Shown: positions 1-9,731 of the stretch, one piece after another
How positions within the stretch are numbered: the stretch's first letter is position 1
Layout: each line of letters starts with the position of its first letter
Assembly (NCBI GenBank): GCA_013115145.1
Contig: JAAPAO010000300.1
Coordinates: forward strand, 1 to 41,475
Reading direction: 5' to 3'
From: Perkinsus chesapeaki ATCC PRA-425
Lineage: Eukaryota > Protista > Perkinsozoa
DNA: 41,475 nt
Notes under the pieces: model-generated
Told to the model about the DNA's origin: nothing
The model's input: the letters and a program-made list of their open reading frames with translations, nothing else
Databases searched by the model: none
Made by a program: the position numbers and the translations under genes

Positions 1-874
1 GCGCACTCCAGCTTTGAGAGCTATATGTAACACGCACCTACGAGTGCGCGGAGTGCACCTGGATAAAGCCCTGTTCTTGACGGTACTTGCGTGCCTTGTG
101 TTTTCACCAGTGCCATCGGTTGAAACTCTTCGGAATATGTGGTTCGCCGGTAAACCGAGTGGAATTCGTTCAATGGAAACTTCTTGCTACTCTCCGGCCT
201 GTTATTCGATCATGCATTGCTCCATCTGAAAAGTGAGTGTTAGTAAAACTCACTGTAGTAACAATGTGTTACGAGTCACCATGCGACTATACTGACAAAA
301 GCCGACAATGTGTGCGACGATAACTAACAAGACCTCAGTCTGGAGCCAAATACAGCATTCGCACATACATCAATCAATGAAACAGATGACACACTGTCTG
401 ACCCAGACGGTAAGAATAAATCGGGGAGAAACTTCTTCGGTAAGCACTTTCATTGAACCGGCGCAACAAAACATCATCGTCCACATATCGAAGCTCGCCA
501 TCAAACTTATGATTCAAATCATTGCTTTTTGTGATAGCGTCTCAACAATGCATGAGCGAGTATCAGTGAGACTCGTTTGATAATATCCGCTCATCCCGCT
601 GAGCCCCGGGCCCCGCTCATACGGCTTCAGAAGCCACCATACAATTCAACAACGCTTTCAAGAGACTTGAATGATTCTCGCAGAACCTCTTGAGTCTTGA
701 GAGGCTCAACTAAGACTATCAACGCGATCCGAGGATACGGCAAGAAAACTACCCTATCATTCACACCGGACAGAGCACGAGTAGCACTCTAAGTATATGC
801 GTACTAATGAGACCTTATTAATTCCAAAGAACATAGGAAGGGTGGCAAGCTATTAAGACCGTTCTGCGGATATG

Positions 875-933
875 TGTTAACCATCAGGGAACTCAAAAAA
901 CCAGAGTGAGGCAAGAATCTGGGAAATATAATC
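875..933 (+). repeat. 59-bp direct repeat, copy A (copy B at 1288-1346)
   Basis: TGTTAACCATCAGGGAACTCAAAAAACCAGAGTGAGGCAAGAATCTGGGAAATATAATC aligns ungapped to 1288-1346 with 5 mismatches. Confidence 0.95.
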
Positions 934-948
934 AGATTAGACTAATCT
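927..948. other. 22-bp inverted-triplication scar (1 mismatch), inferred target TCTAATCT
   Basis: t ataatc a gattag a ctaatc t; the paralogous repeat carries single TCTAATCT at 1340-1347. Confidence 0.85.
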
Positions 949-1287
949 TAGCTTAGTACAAAAATAGCAGTACTAGCGTCGAGATGAGCTTAAGGTTCCA
1001 TTGTTGTGCAACTCACACAACATCCCCCTTCCCCCAGAGACGAACAACACAGGGAATTAAAAAAACATACATCAACAGCAATGTAGATCTCGTCATCGTC
1101 ATATTGGATCAACATACGAATCACATATCGCAAAATCAAGTTGTTCTTGGTGTTGAAACTTGTCAGTCTTCTTATTAAACTCGTCAGTCGGCACGTCGTA
1201 AAATGTTAGGAGTACCAGCAACACCAAAACCAGATGCAATTTGCTAAGCGATAGGAATAGGGATAGATGCAGCAGGGTTCTCCACCA

Positions 1288-1346
1288 TGTTAACAATTAG
1301 GGAACTCAAGAAACCAGAGTGAGGCAAGAATCTGGGAAGTCTAATC
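1288..1346 (+). repeat. 59-bp direct repeat, copy B
   Basis: Matches 875-933 with 5 mismatches; ends in the unexpanded 8-mer TCTAATCT (1340-1347). Confidence 0.95.
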
Positions 1347-1983
1347 TCGCGGGCCGCGGGAGACTGCCGCGGGGCGTGCATGGTTGGTACACGTAAACCA
1401 GATGCATTTGATATGTGATCTCATGGTTAAGGCTGGTACACACTCAGTGTACGGATCGAATGTGTACTACACTCTCGACAATCTTCTAGTTGGCTCCCTA
1501 TTGAGAGCACTTTGTAGACTCTCCTCGCCGGCTTCGTCGGCGCAACTCTCGCCAGACCCTCGTCTGCTCACAAGTTCACCGATTGAGAATGCTTGAAGTC
1601 AGATTCGAACCAGCAACCGCCCGCATTCCGTAAACTTTACGGGTAGTTGTGTGGTAGAAAAGGCGGGGCTTCCTGGGCTAGGAACGGTTTCCTTCCTTGC
1701 ATGGTAAAATATTTTTGAAGTTGATACGTAGAACTTGTATGTGTCAACTTCGAAAAAAGCTTTTAATACTTTGAGGCTTAACATGAATAATGTCTCTCGA
1801 AGTGCACGCGCAAATGACGAGCACCGAATGAGTACTTCAACGAATAAGCAAATAGAGTGCTTTTCCAAGGTATGTGACGCACACTGTGCAGTCAACACAG
1901 TGTGGACGCTGGAAACCTCACGTTACTGTCGTTGGAACGCAATGGTCTAGTACAGTGGAAACTCAGAGGGTTAGGAAAGTCAC

Positions 1984-2005
1984 GTGTAATGATTACACTG
2001 TAATC
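1984..2005. other. Perfect 22-bp inverted-triplication scar, inferred target GTGTAATC
   Basis: g tgtaat g attaca c tgtaat c: two overlapping 7-1-7 palindromes, direct-repeat period 14. Confidence 0.95.
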
Positions 2006-3223
2006 TGTAGACACTGTCTACTACTAGTAGATTAGTCTAGTACACTACTGGACAAGATTTTATGAACCTATATGGAACGGTGACGCTATCTACTAGGTTT
2101 GCGGGCTCTGCGGCTAATGGCAGAGTTACCGAGAAGATCTAACAATGCCTCCATAGGACCAACGGCATGGGCGCAGTGCTGGCCATTGGTTACCTAGGGT
2201 ATTGCACATGTCGATCGGAAAATGCTTAATAGGCATTGCCTAACTCAAAGAGGTCCTAAACCACTAACGACTGACCGCCAGTCGGCGATGGCATCTACTA
2301 CTCATTCAGAGTCTGAGCTTGTTCCGTCGTCAGAGGCAAAAAAGAGATCGCATCCCAGCGTATCAGTATCCTTTGCCAAAGGTGACTGTCTAACAGCCGC
2401 ATCAGGTCCCACCAATGCCTGGCGACCTGGGATCTGAGGTCTAATGAAATCTCTAGGACCAGCGAGCTCGCCGTGAGGGCGATGGGCAAGAACCCTATCT
2501 ATTACCTTAGAATGAACGAATTTCTTGTTCTTAGACTTTGGGTCATTCATTTTTCTTCTAAACCCTGTGAACTCCTTGGGCATTCGATCAAGACTACCCA
2601 CAAGGAAATGGTCAACATTAGACGAGGAAATTCCTAAGGAATTCCAACTGATGAAGGCTTCTTTAGAGAGACCAGAATGCCCAAGACGCCTTTTGGGGCT
2701 ATGCTTGTTCAGCAATGAACACTGGGATTCTACAACGCTTTCACAATGGCTTTTCATTGACACGCAGCCAATGATATATATGCAGTCTTCACATCCCGAA
2801 TAGATTTTGGCATTGGTGTGAACCTCAGCCCATACGGCTTCCATATCAATCTTAGGCATCCCATTGCCTGGTGGCATAGGTAAAAACTTCTCGCGTAAGC
2901 GATGGCGGAGCTCCAGATAATGTAACAGCAAGCCGTCAATATCAGTAGAAGTCTCCAAGACGGGCTTGAAACCACATACAAACTCTATGATTATCTCCGT
3001 ACACATTAATAATGCGTACAAAATTTGTGGGTATTGTGCGCGTAAATCGATAAACTAATATACTTGTTATGCTTAGCAAGATATGCTATAGGATTTCCCG
3101 CCAGAAGTCCTGTTCCGGAGTTGATTACTGTATCCTGAGGCTGAAAACCCGTAACGTTAATCACAAAGAGTCTGATCTAGTCAAACTAGGTGGAGGCAGC
3201 GTCCCCATCACGCACGCATGGAC

Positions 3224-3245
3224 ATCGTGGTCCACGATTCGTGGA
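3224..3245. other. Perfect 22-bp inverted-triplication scar, inferred target ATCGTGGA
   Basis: a tcgtgg t ccacga t tcgtgg a. Confidence 0.95.
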
Positions 3246-3569
3246 GCGTCACGGGGAAAATCGAGTTGTTGATTGCGGTAGTGTCGACCACACAGTCTTG
3301 AGATATTTTTGTTTGACTCATCCTCTCCCACCCGCAGCTAGAGAATACTGGCGTGGTCCACATCTTGATTACATTTCTTAGCTGTTAATCACTAATAAGT
3401 AGTTGCAAATCCGTGCAGCCGTGGCGCCGCGATGATCGCGGCTACTATGGCTGGCTTGGAGATCATAGACTCAGCTAAATAAGTGAGGCAGGCTGGCTCG
3501 AGCCTTCCTTGTTTTTCTTGAACTTCCTTGCCCACACATGTGGGTGGGCACCCCCATTTTCTACCACAC

Positions 3570-3591
3570 CCGTAAAGTTTACGGCGTAAAG
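3570..3591. other. 22-bp scar (last base mismatched), inferred target CCGTAAAC
   Basis: c cgtaaa g tttacg g cgtaaa g. Confidence 0.65.
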
Positions 3592-4145
3592 CAGTCTTAC
3601 TGCTAGGCCAAACTGAGGATTTAGTGTGGCGTACGTTACCAATATCCCTCACGAGGAAAGTTCCAATCGCCCCGCTGGACACACAACATGCCCATTACAT
3701 GAGCTCCGGAAACCCGGCCTCTAGGTTAACTTCGAAGAGCTCTCCTGGCTGAACTGATGACTATTGGACTTTCCAAGAAATATACATGATATCATCATAT
3801 CCGATATAATGAAATGCACGTGTAGGTGTAGGCTCCCCGGCAAAGACGCCGATTAAGCAGAACATTTTTGTTATGAAAGCGAGTGCTTCACTAACCCCTA
3901 TCGTCCCCTGTAATTGCCATCATGGGTACGAACCAATCGAAGCCAACCCATGTGTTCTTTCTCTGTCTCTGGGATGCGAAATGATCCCAGAACAACTGGG
4001 TGAGTCGGTGATTCCTGCTTATTAGGTTCCAATATCAGTGCACAGCCGAGCTCAGTTAACTAAGCTATCAATCGCCGATTCCGAGACGCCGAAAGAGCTT
4101 AGCTGAACTTCCAGTTCTTCAGTCAAGATTAAACATAGCATCACT

Positions 4146-4657
4146 ATGCAGTTCATCAGGGACATTCTGCTCATCACAGCTTTCGGCTGCTCTATCGCCG
4201 TCGAGCTTACGGTAACTAGTGTGTCTGAAGATGTCAATGTTCGAGGTGATTGTTATGAAAAACCAACCGGAAGATGTGATTCCGAGGGCAAAGGCTGCTC
4301 TTGCACTCCGCCAAACCACCTGTTTGGTACTAAGGTGAGATTTACTTCTGAGGGATGACCTGCAGTCAATATTGTTACTCTCTTAGAGACACTCGACTGG
4401 GAAGTATGCGTATTTTGTATGCGCGGCGAAGTGCGAAAATGCAGGCGATTGTCCTAAGCCTATCCGTGGTGGTGCTGTGTGTATCGAGAAATCCTGCGCC
4501 TTGGGTTGTTTGTCCGACAGTGTAAGCCATTACTCTTTTGTAGAATGGAAATGTTATTGTAAATCTTTAGGACTGCTATCAAGGTGGGGTATGTGTTATT
4601 ACATCGACTAGTAGTGCCTGTACGTTTCCTATAAATGAGAATCAGGGCGGATCATAA
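4146..4657 (+). CDS. Small secreted cysteine-rich protein, 136 aa, 3 exons (4146-4334, 4387-4521, 4571-4657)
   Basis: Signal-peptide-like MQFIRDILLITAFGCSIA; two phase-0 GT-AG introns (52 and 49 nt) join in frame to TAA; 13 Cys in the predicted mature part (CAAKCENAGDCP...CIEKSCALGCLSDSDCYQGGVC). Confidence 0.8.
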
Positions 4658-4914
4658 CGCTTCAATTCTTCCAGCTGCAGAAGCACGTTATGATAGTAAT
4701 GTTATCACAAAGTCGACCACAACATTCAGTACCAACTTAAGAATGTTGGTCATTGATCGACATATGGAAAGAGTCAATACTGCATTGGCTCGTATGCTTT
4801 GATTGTCTATGACGCGATAATCTTTAGAGAATATAACATCCTGGATATGTTGTGTTGTAATGATTTTCAACTTTGACGATAAAACATGAACTAGTCATGT
4901 GTTGATCATTCCTC

Positions 4915-4947
4915 GAAGATTGCTAGAAGATTGCTAGAAGATTGCTA
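4915..4947 (+). repeat. Tandem repeat 3 x GAAGATTGCTA
   Basis: Three exact 11-bp units. Confidence 0.95.
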
Positions 4948-5279
4948 GACTTGGACAATACATTCTCCTCGAGCTGTTTTCTGATATTTGTCTTGCATTC
5001 TCCCGCATGATGCAACACCGCCGCGGGGTGACGTGTTGGAAAGTGCTCGTGTACCGGTTGAATTCGACACTCACAAATACCATTGAGCCTTGGTGCTATT
5101 AAAACACATGAGCAACTTTGAACCACGAATAAAAGCTTGGAAACTATGTATACGCTTCGACATCTTCCAAAGTCGTGTAGAACAACGGAAGTGAGCAAGA
5201 GATGTCCAGTGACTGAAGGTGTCGCTGGGATAACAAAAGCAATGAGTCGCGTTACCATCCAAAGATGGCCGCTTATCAT
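4923..5279 (-). pseudogene. LTR-retrotransposon integrase (rve) core relic
   Basis: TRLIAFVIPATPS...VLHDFG.....PRLNGICE resembles the integrase core (TRF..A.P...FG.P..I.SD.G...P..NG..ER); catalytic residues look degraded. Confidence 0.4.
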
Positions 5280-5324
5280 ATGGGTTCACAAGCTCGGACC
5301 TGAATATTGACTGTCCCACTAATA

Positions 5325-6314
5325 CTACGGAATGAGCTTGGCGACGGCCTGATTTGCATCAACGCGGCCTAGCTTGAGCGTTTTCTCGCCGAAGCGATCT
5401 TTAACACCAGGCTTGGCGGTATCTTTGAGAATTTTCTTTACATCACCGGGGCTTAGATCAGGAGCCAAGCTGTAAAGCATGGCAGCTACACCAGCTATCA
5501 TAGAGGACGCTGCTGATGTACCAGATACCTTAGTGTAGGGCGTATCGACCGAAGTTGTCCATATATCGCTGCCTGGTGCAGCAATATCCACATAAGTACC
5601 AATATTGCTCAGAGAATTCAGCTGCATTTTCGTCTGCTCTGTCGCGGCAACGCAGACCAGCCCATCCAGGTACATTGTTAAGGCACATGGATAGCGTTTA
5701 TCTTTAGTGATATCTTTCCTCTCATTGCCAGCTGTGACCACAACAAAGATACCAGCGTTTGTCGCTTCTCTTATCTTTGCATTCAGCGGTTTATTTAGTG
5801 TGGACGAGGAAGTAGCCATCAGGATAATTTTCACCTTTTTCTCGTCCTTATGTTGAATGACATAGTCCACAGAGTCTAGCAGAGACTGGCTTGTTGCAGA
5901 AGTGCCACAATAGATTGGCATCACCTTCACAAGATCTGCCACTCCTGCGATACCGATTCCATTATTAATAACGGCTCCGAGGATTCCCGCCACCTCGGTA
6001 CCATGACTGCCTCGGTCATGTGTATCAGTGTTATGGTCAATAACATTGTAGCCCTCGATGTAGTTACCAGCCAAGTCGGGATGATCAGACTTCATCCCGG
6101 TGTCTATCACAGCAATGCCAATTGTATGCCTTGGAACCTTGGTGGTCAACAATCTGCTCCAGGCATCTTTTATGCCGACAGCCTTCAGGTAAGCCTTCTG
6201 CTTCGCATACATTGGGTCATTTGGATATCCATTGGCAGTATGAGTGACATTGTTATGCATTGTGATTGCAGATATCGGGAGTATGCCGAGGAGCATGACA
6301 CAAAGTTGCCGCAT
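5325..6314 (-). CDS. Secreted subtilisin-like serine protease (S8), 329 aa, intronless
   Basis: Signal peptide; catalytic motifs VIDTG, HGTEVAG, GTSAAS; oxyanion AGN; thermitase-like PNDP start and VDIAAPG. Confidence 0.95.
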   Translation of the reverse strand: MRQLCVMLLGILPISAITMHNNVTHTANGYPNDPMYAKQKAYLKAVGIKDAWSRLLTTKVPRHTIGIAVIDTGMKSDHPDLAGNYIEGYNVIDHNTDTHDRGSHGTEVAGILGAVINNGIGIAGVADLVKVMPIYCGTSATSQSLLDSVDYVIQHKDEKKVKIILMATSSSTLNKPLNAKIREATNAGIFVVVTAGNERKDITKDKRYPCALTMYLDGLVCVAATEQTKMQLNSLSNIGTYVDIAAPGSDIWTTSVDTPYTKVSGTSAASSMIAGVAAMLYSLAPDLSPGDVKKILKDTAKPGVKDRFGEKTLKLGRVDANQAVAKLIP

Positions 6315-6881
6315 GATACGGGTGGAGTAAATGGACTAAAGCCTTGAGGGAACACACTAAATAGAAACCTTTATACTGTAGCAAACGTATCTCTCTTCCG
6401 GCCTAACTCTGCCTCATACCTGCGCCCGCGCACGCACGCACGGAAAGCGAACAGGCTGTTCGCTGAGCTGAGCTGAGCTCGGACTGAATGATGCAGGTAA
6501 TATCAAGAAGATATTATCAACCATGTCACGAGCTGGACATCCCCTTCAAGTACGGGTGGGAGTAGGGTGGGTCAAAAAAGATGACAATCAAAGCTCGGAT
6601 GCATTACCGACACTAACTCTCACCATGAGGTTCTTATAAAGAAGCGCGACAGCTCGCCGATGCGCATGCGTGCGTGACCGAGAGGCGGACTAGTCTAGAT
6701 TTCACTTCGAAACACTTCGTGTGCCGAATATTAAAACAGCGTCGAGGTGCAATAGGCTGTTGTCAATAGCTCAAGGCCTCGGAATTCCCGAGTCGGAAAC
6801 GAGTGATGAATCATAGGTGAAGCTTACTTGCCATCAACGGCACGGATAAAATATTTTTTCGATATATTCTCTTACGACTCG

Positions 6882-6903
6882 CACAGTAGTACTGCGACAG
6901 TAC
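6882..6903. other. 22-bp scar (1 mismatch), inferred target CACAGTAC
   Basis: c acagta g tactgc g acagta c. Confidence 0.85.
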
Positions 6904-7221
6904 GTGTGCACACTCAGCTAATCCACACGGGAAGCGCCACGCCCGTGACCGAAAAGAATTGTGGGCGGAGCCGTGATCGGGGCGTCGATTGATACTATCG
7001 GTAGACGATGGCCGACTCTGGTAACAAAATCCCGAAGGCTTTATACGAAGTAGTGCTTAACGGGCAGGCAATACAGCTTCGAGTTGCAACAGCTTGAGAC
7101 CTCGGAGACAAGTAATGACGCGTAGGTGAAGCTAACTTCTCATCAAAAGCACGGACAAAAGAATCTGGCGAATCTTCTCTTTTATCTAACTCACCGTACG
7201 CGCGGGCACTTAGCTCTTCCG

Positions 7222-7243
7222 CACAAGATTCTTGTGACAAGAT
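7222..7243. other. 22-bp scar (last base mismatched), core CACAAGA
   Basis: c acaaga t tcttgt g acaaga t. Confidence 0.8.
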
Positions 7244-7866
7244 GCGCCGCGGCCGTGACCGACTACAACAGCAGGGGATATAAAGACTCGTAGCTACCTG
7301 TGGCCGAACGGAATCGATTTACATATAATATAGCCGGCACACAGCTAAAAACGGGTACACGTAGAAGGAAGACAGAAGCTTCCTACAACAACGGGTCACC
7401 TCACGATAATAACAATGCACTGTCAGAGTTGGGGAAGTAGGGAGTAGCACCACCTGGGAGTGGTGTAACATCCGGATTCGGGGAGTGAACAATGAACATG
7501 GACGGACAGATGATGTATGCACAATGCATGGTGTACTGGACATACCTTCAGCTATTCTACAAAAAACACGGCATAGTAGAGAGTGGGCAAGAACCAATGA
7601 CTTCTCCCAGGGTACTTGTAACACCGCGTGAAAACGGCGTAAACTTTCCCCGAAAGCTTCGGCAGCTTCCCGACGGGAAGTATGTGAAATATTCGTGAAG
7701 ATCACTTTTATTAAAGCTTGATTTACGTCCATTTTGCAACCTCGTGTAGCTATATGCCAGGTGATTATATTGGCATTTACTTGGGCGTATTATGCCTGTG
7801 ATTGCGCCGCTATCATTGTGGTGTACTGGTCCAGGCTGTCTGGAGTCAGACACCGCGGACTGAGCC

Positions 7867-7888
7867 CAGGACTCAGTCCAGTGGACTG
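7867..7888. other. 22-bp scar (1 mismatch), inferred target CTGGACTG
   Basis: c aggact c agtcca g tggact g. Confidence 0.8.
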
Positions 7889-8125
7889 CCTTGTTTGAGG
7901 CGGTCTCACGCGCTGCGCGTGTTGTTGCTCGGGACTCCAAAGCAACCAGCGGGAACCTGCGTCGGGGACAACGGCAGAATTCGATTGAACGCGATGACGA
8001 CATCGTACTCCAGGGTGACGTTTACTTGATTATCTTTGATGATCCAGCCTTGTGTACGAGGTAGTTATTTCGAGGGGCGAATTCGTTAGCCGACTCAGTG
8101 CCGTTCCCACGTGGAATACGATTGT

Positions 8126-8170
8126 TGTTTGTTCGACAAGACTTGTCGAACAAACACTTGTCGGACAAGT
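8126..8170. other. Extended double-palindrome scar (15-1-15 plus 7-1-7), inferred target CGACAAGT
   Basis: tgtttgttcgacaag a cttgtcgaacaaaca, overlapping by 1 nt with acttgtc g gacaagt. Confidence 0.9.
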
Positions 8171-8213
8171 AATTATTGCTGTTATTTATGATACGACCAA
8201 GTAGCCAACGGGA

Positions 8214-8235
8214 CAATGTTCAACATTGAATGTTG
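8214..8235. other. Perfect 22-bp inverted-triplication scar, inferred target CAATGTTG
   Basis: c aatgtt c aacatt g aatgtt g. Confidence 0.95.
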
Positions 8236-8471
8236 AAGTTTATGGGCCTTCCCCTGTGGAAGTTCCACGGCGAAAGCTTTGGAGTCTCCCTGTAGCAAGC
8301 AAGCCAGGGACCCGTTAACCAAACTGGATTCATTGTGGTTGCTCCTTGTGAAACTCTGCTAGCTTACAGGAGAGCATAATGATCAGGGTTACACAACGCA
8401 ATAGATATCATAATTAAAGATGCAGCGAGCGAGTGTGGAATCATAACAACACAACATGAACTCATTAATGG

Positions 8472-9347
8472 TTACTCAACTTTTGGTTGCTCTATTGACT
8501 GCTCTTGCTTGACCTCGCCGATCGATGAGCCTTGCACTCGTTTCACACTGTGGGGCATCCGGTTCAGGCCGGCCTCGGATTTGATTCCAGCCGCGTGGAC
8601 TTCAGACTTCACATTATCATCATCTTCCGAATATCCAGTGAAACCATACCGCCGCCTTCGGATGGCATTCCTCATCTCACGCGATACGGTATGCTCTACC
8701 CAACCACCTTGGGCGCCCAGTTGTGAGACGTCGACAGTCACGCCCTCTTCTGTTGCCGATCCCACTGCTGAACTTGTAGTCACTTCGGCGGTGAATGCAA
8801 CGCGCTCAGGCGGATTATTGCATAAAGCTTCAGAATCTGCAGGTCCTTCATCACTCCTCTTACTATAGGTATTATCTTCACCAGACTGTCGCGACGAGGT
8901 ACCATCCGCAATCTCGTTAGATATAGAATCTAAGAGCTGCTTGTAGCGCGCTCGTTTTAAACGACCACTTCGACGTACGCCTCCCGAGCTAGTGGAGCGA
9001 CTCAAGTCATCCAGCATCTGTGCTGCTTCACGTTCTCGGATTCTAGCACTTCTTCTAACTCCTGAGCTTCTCAGGAGGCCATAGGAATCAATATGAGACT
9101 GAGGCCTAGGCCATGGCACTGGTGTCTTAAGAAAAGACTCGCAGGAGCTCGGTGAATCCGACGGGGTTTCACGACTAGGTAATGGCACAGGTACGATGAG
9201 CGCGTGCTCTGAAGAGCTCGAGCACGAACTAACTAAACCAGCAGAGTGTGCTGGGGCGTCTGGCTGGGGAACCGGAAGTACTTCGGTTTGGAGTTGGACT
9301 ATCACAGTGAAGGAAACGTCACAATGGGGGCATTTAATAGTTAACAT
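8472..9347 (-). CDS. Hypothetical disordered protein, 291 aa, N-terminal CPHC and two RRSxR repeats
   Basis: Uninterrupted ATG-started ORF; Ser/Pro/Arg-rich; internal repeat SSGVRRSARI...LDDLS / SSGGVRRSGRL...LDSIS. Confidence 0.6.
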   Translation of the reverse strand: MLTIKCPHCDVSFTVIVQLQTEVLPVPQPDAPAHSAGLVSSCSSSSEHALIVPVPLPSRETPSDSPSSCESFLKTPVPWPRPQSHIDSYGLLRSSGVRRSARIREREAAQMLDDLSRSTSSGGVRRSGRLKRARYKQLLDSISNEIADGTSSRQSGEDNTYSKRSDEGPADSEALCNNPPERVAFTAEVTTSSAVGSATEEGVTVDVSQLGAQGGWVEHTVSREMRNAIRRRRYGFTGYSEDDDNVKSEVHAAGIKSEAGLNRMPHSVKRVQGSSIGEVKQEQSIEQPKVE

Positions 9348-9547
9348 GATTGAAAAAGTCTAAGATTTCTCAAAAGCGCGACTTTCAGCTAATAAACTTT
9401 CTACATTTCTGAGAGGAAGCCTCGCAGCCTCAACTCCTTCGAGGTGACAGCTTCATTGCATAGATGCGATCGTTGTTTGAAGGTTCTCATTGCGGAGTAA
9501 CGCAAGGTGTCCATTGAGGACATCAAAGGAAACAAGACCCGAGAATA

Positions 9548-9569
9548 AGTGGTGCCACCACTGTGGTGA
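9548..9569. other. 22-bp scar (last base mismatched), inferred target AGTGGTGG
   Basis: a gtggtg c caccac t gtggtg a. Confidence 0.8.
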
Positions 9570-9731
9570 ACATGTTGTACGGACAGACGCTAAGGTTACA
9601 TACGACTGGCTTGATACTACAATATAAGACAGCTAAGTAGGACAGAACAAGACAATAACGAATTTGATACGGGACTAAAGCAGCGACATCCGAGACTCGA
9701 TCTAAGAATGCTTCATAGCGACTTCAAGATA

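Larger units (their letters stand above)
2302..3682 (-). mobile_element. Degenerate DNA-transposase relic, possibly hAT-like
   Basis: ORF 2302-3021 has QYPQIL upstream of its start and SHCESVVESQCSLLNKH, resembling the hAT C-terminal dimerisation segment (YP.L...S..ER.FS); upstream frames are broken by stops and frameshifts. Family assignment is from motif recall only. Confidence 0.4.

Noticed and set aside
1-780. Minus-strand coding fragments (e.g. LNHKFDGELRYVDDDVLLRRF)
   Set aside because: Protein-like but broken by stops and frameshifts and truncated by the window edge; no product could be supported.
1099-1296. Signal-peptide-like 65-aa ORF
   Set aside because: Starts at TTG with no in-frame ATG, and the duplicated 5' flank at 875 does not lead into a matching ORF.
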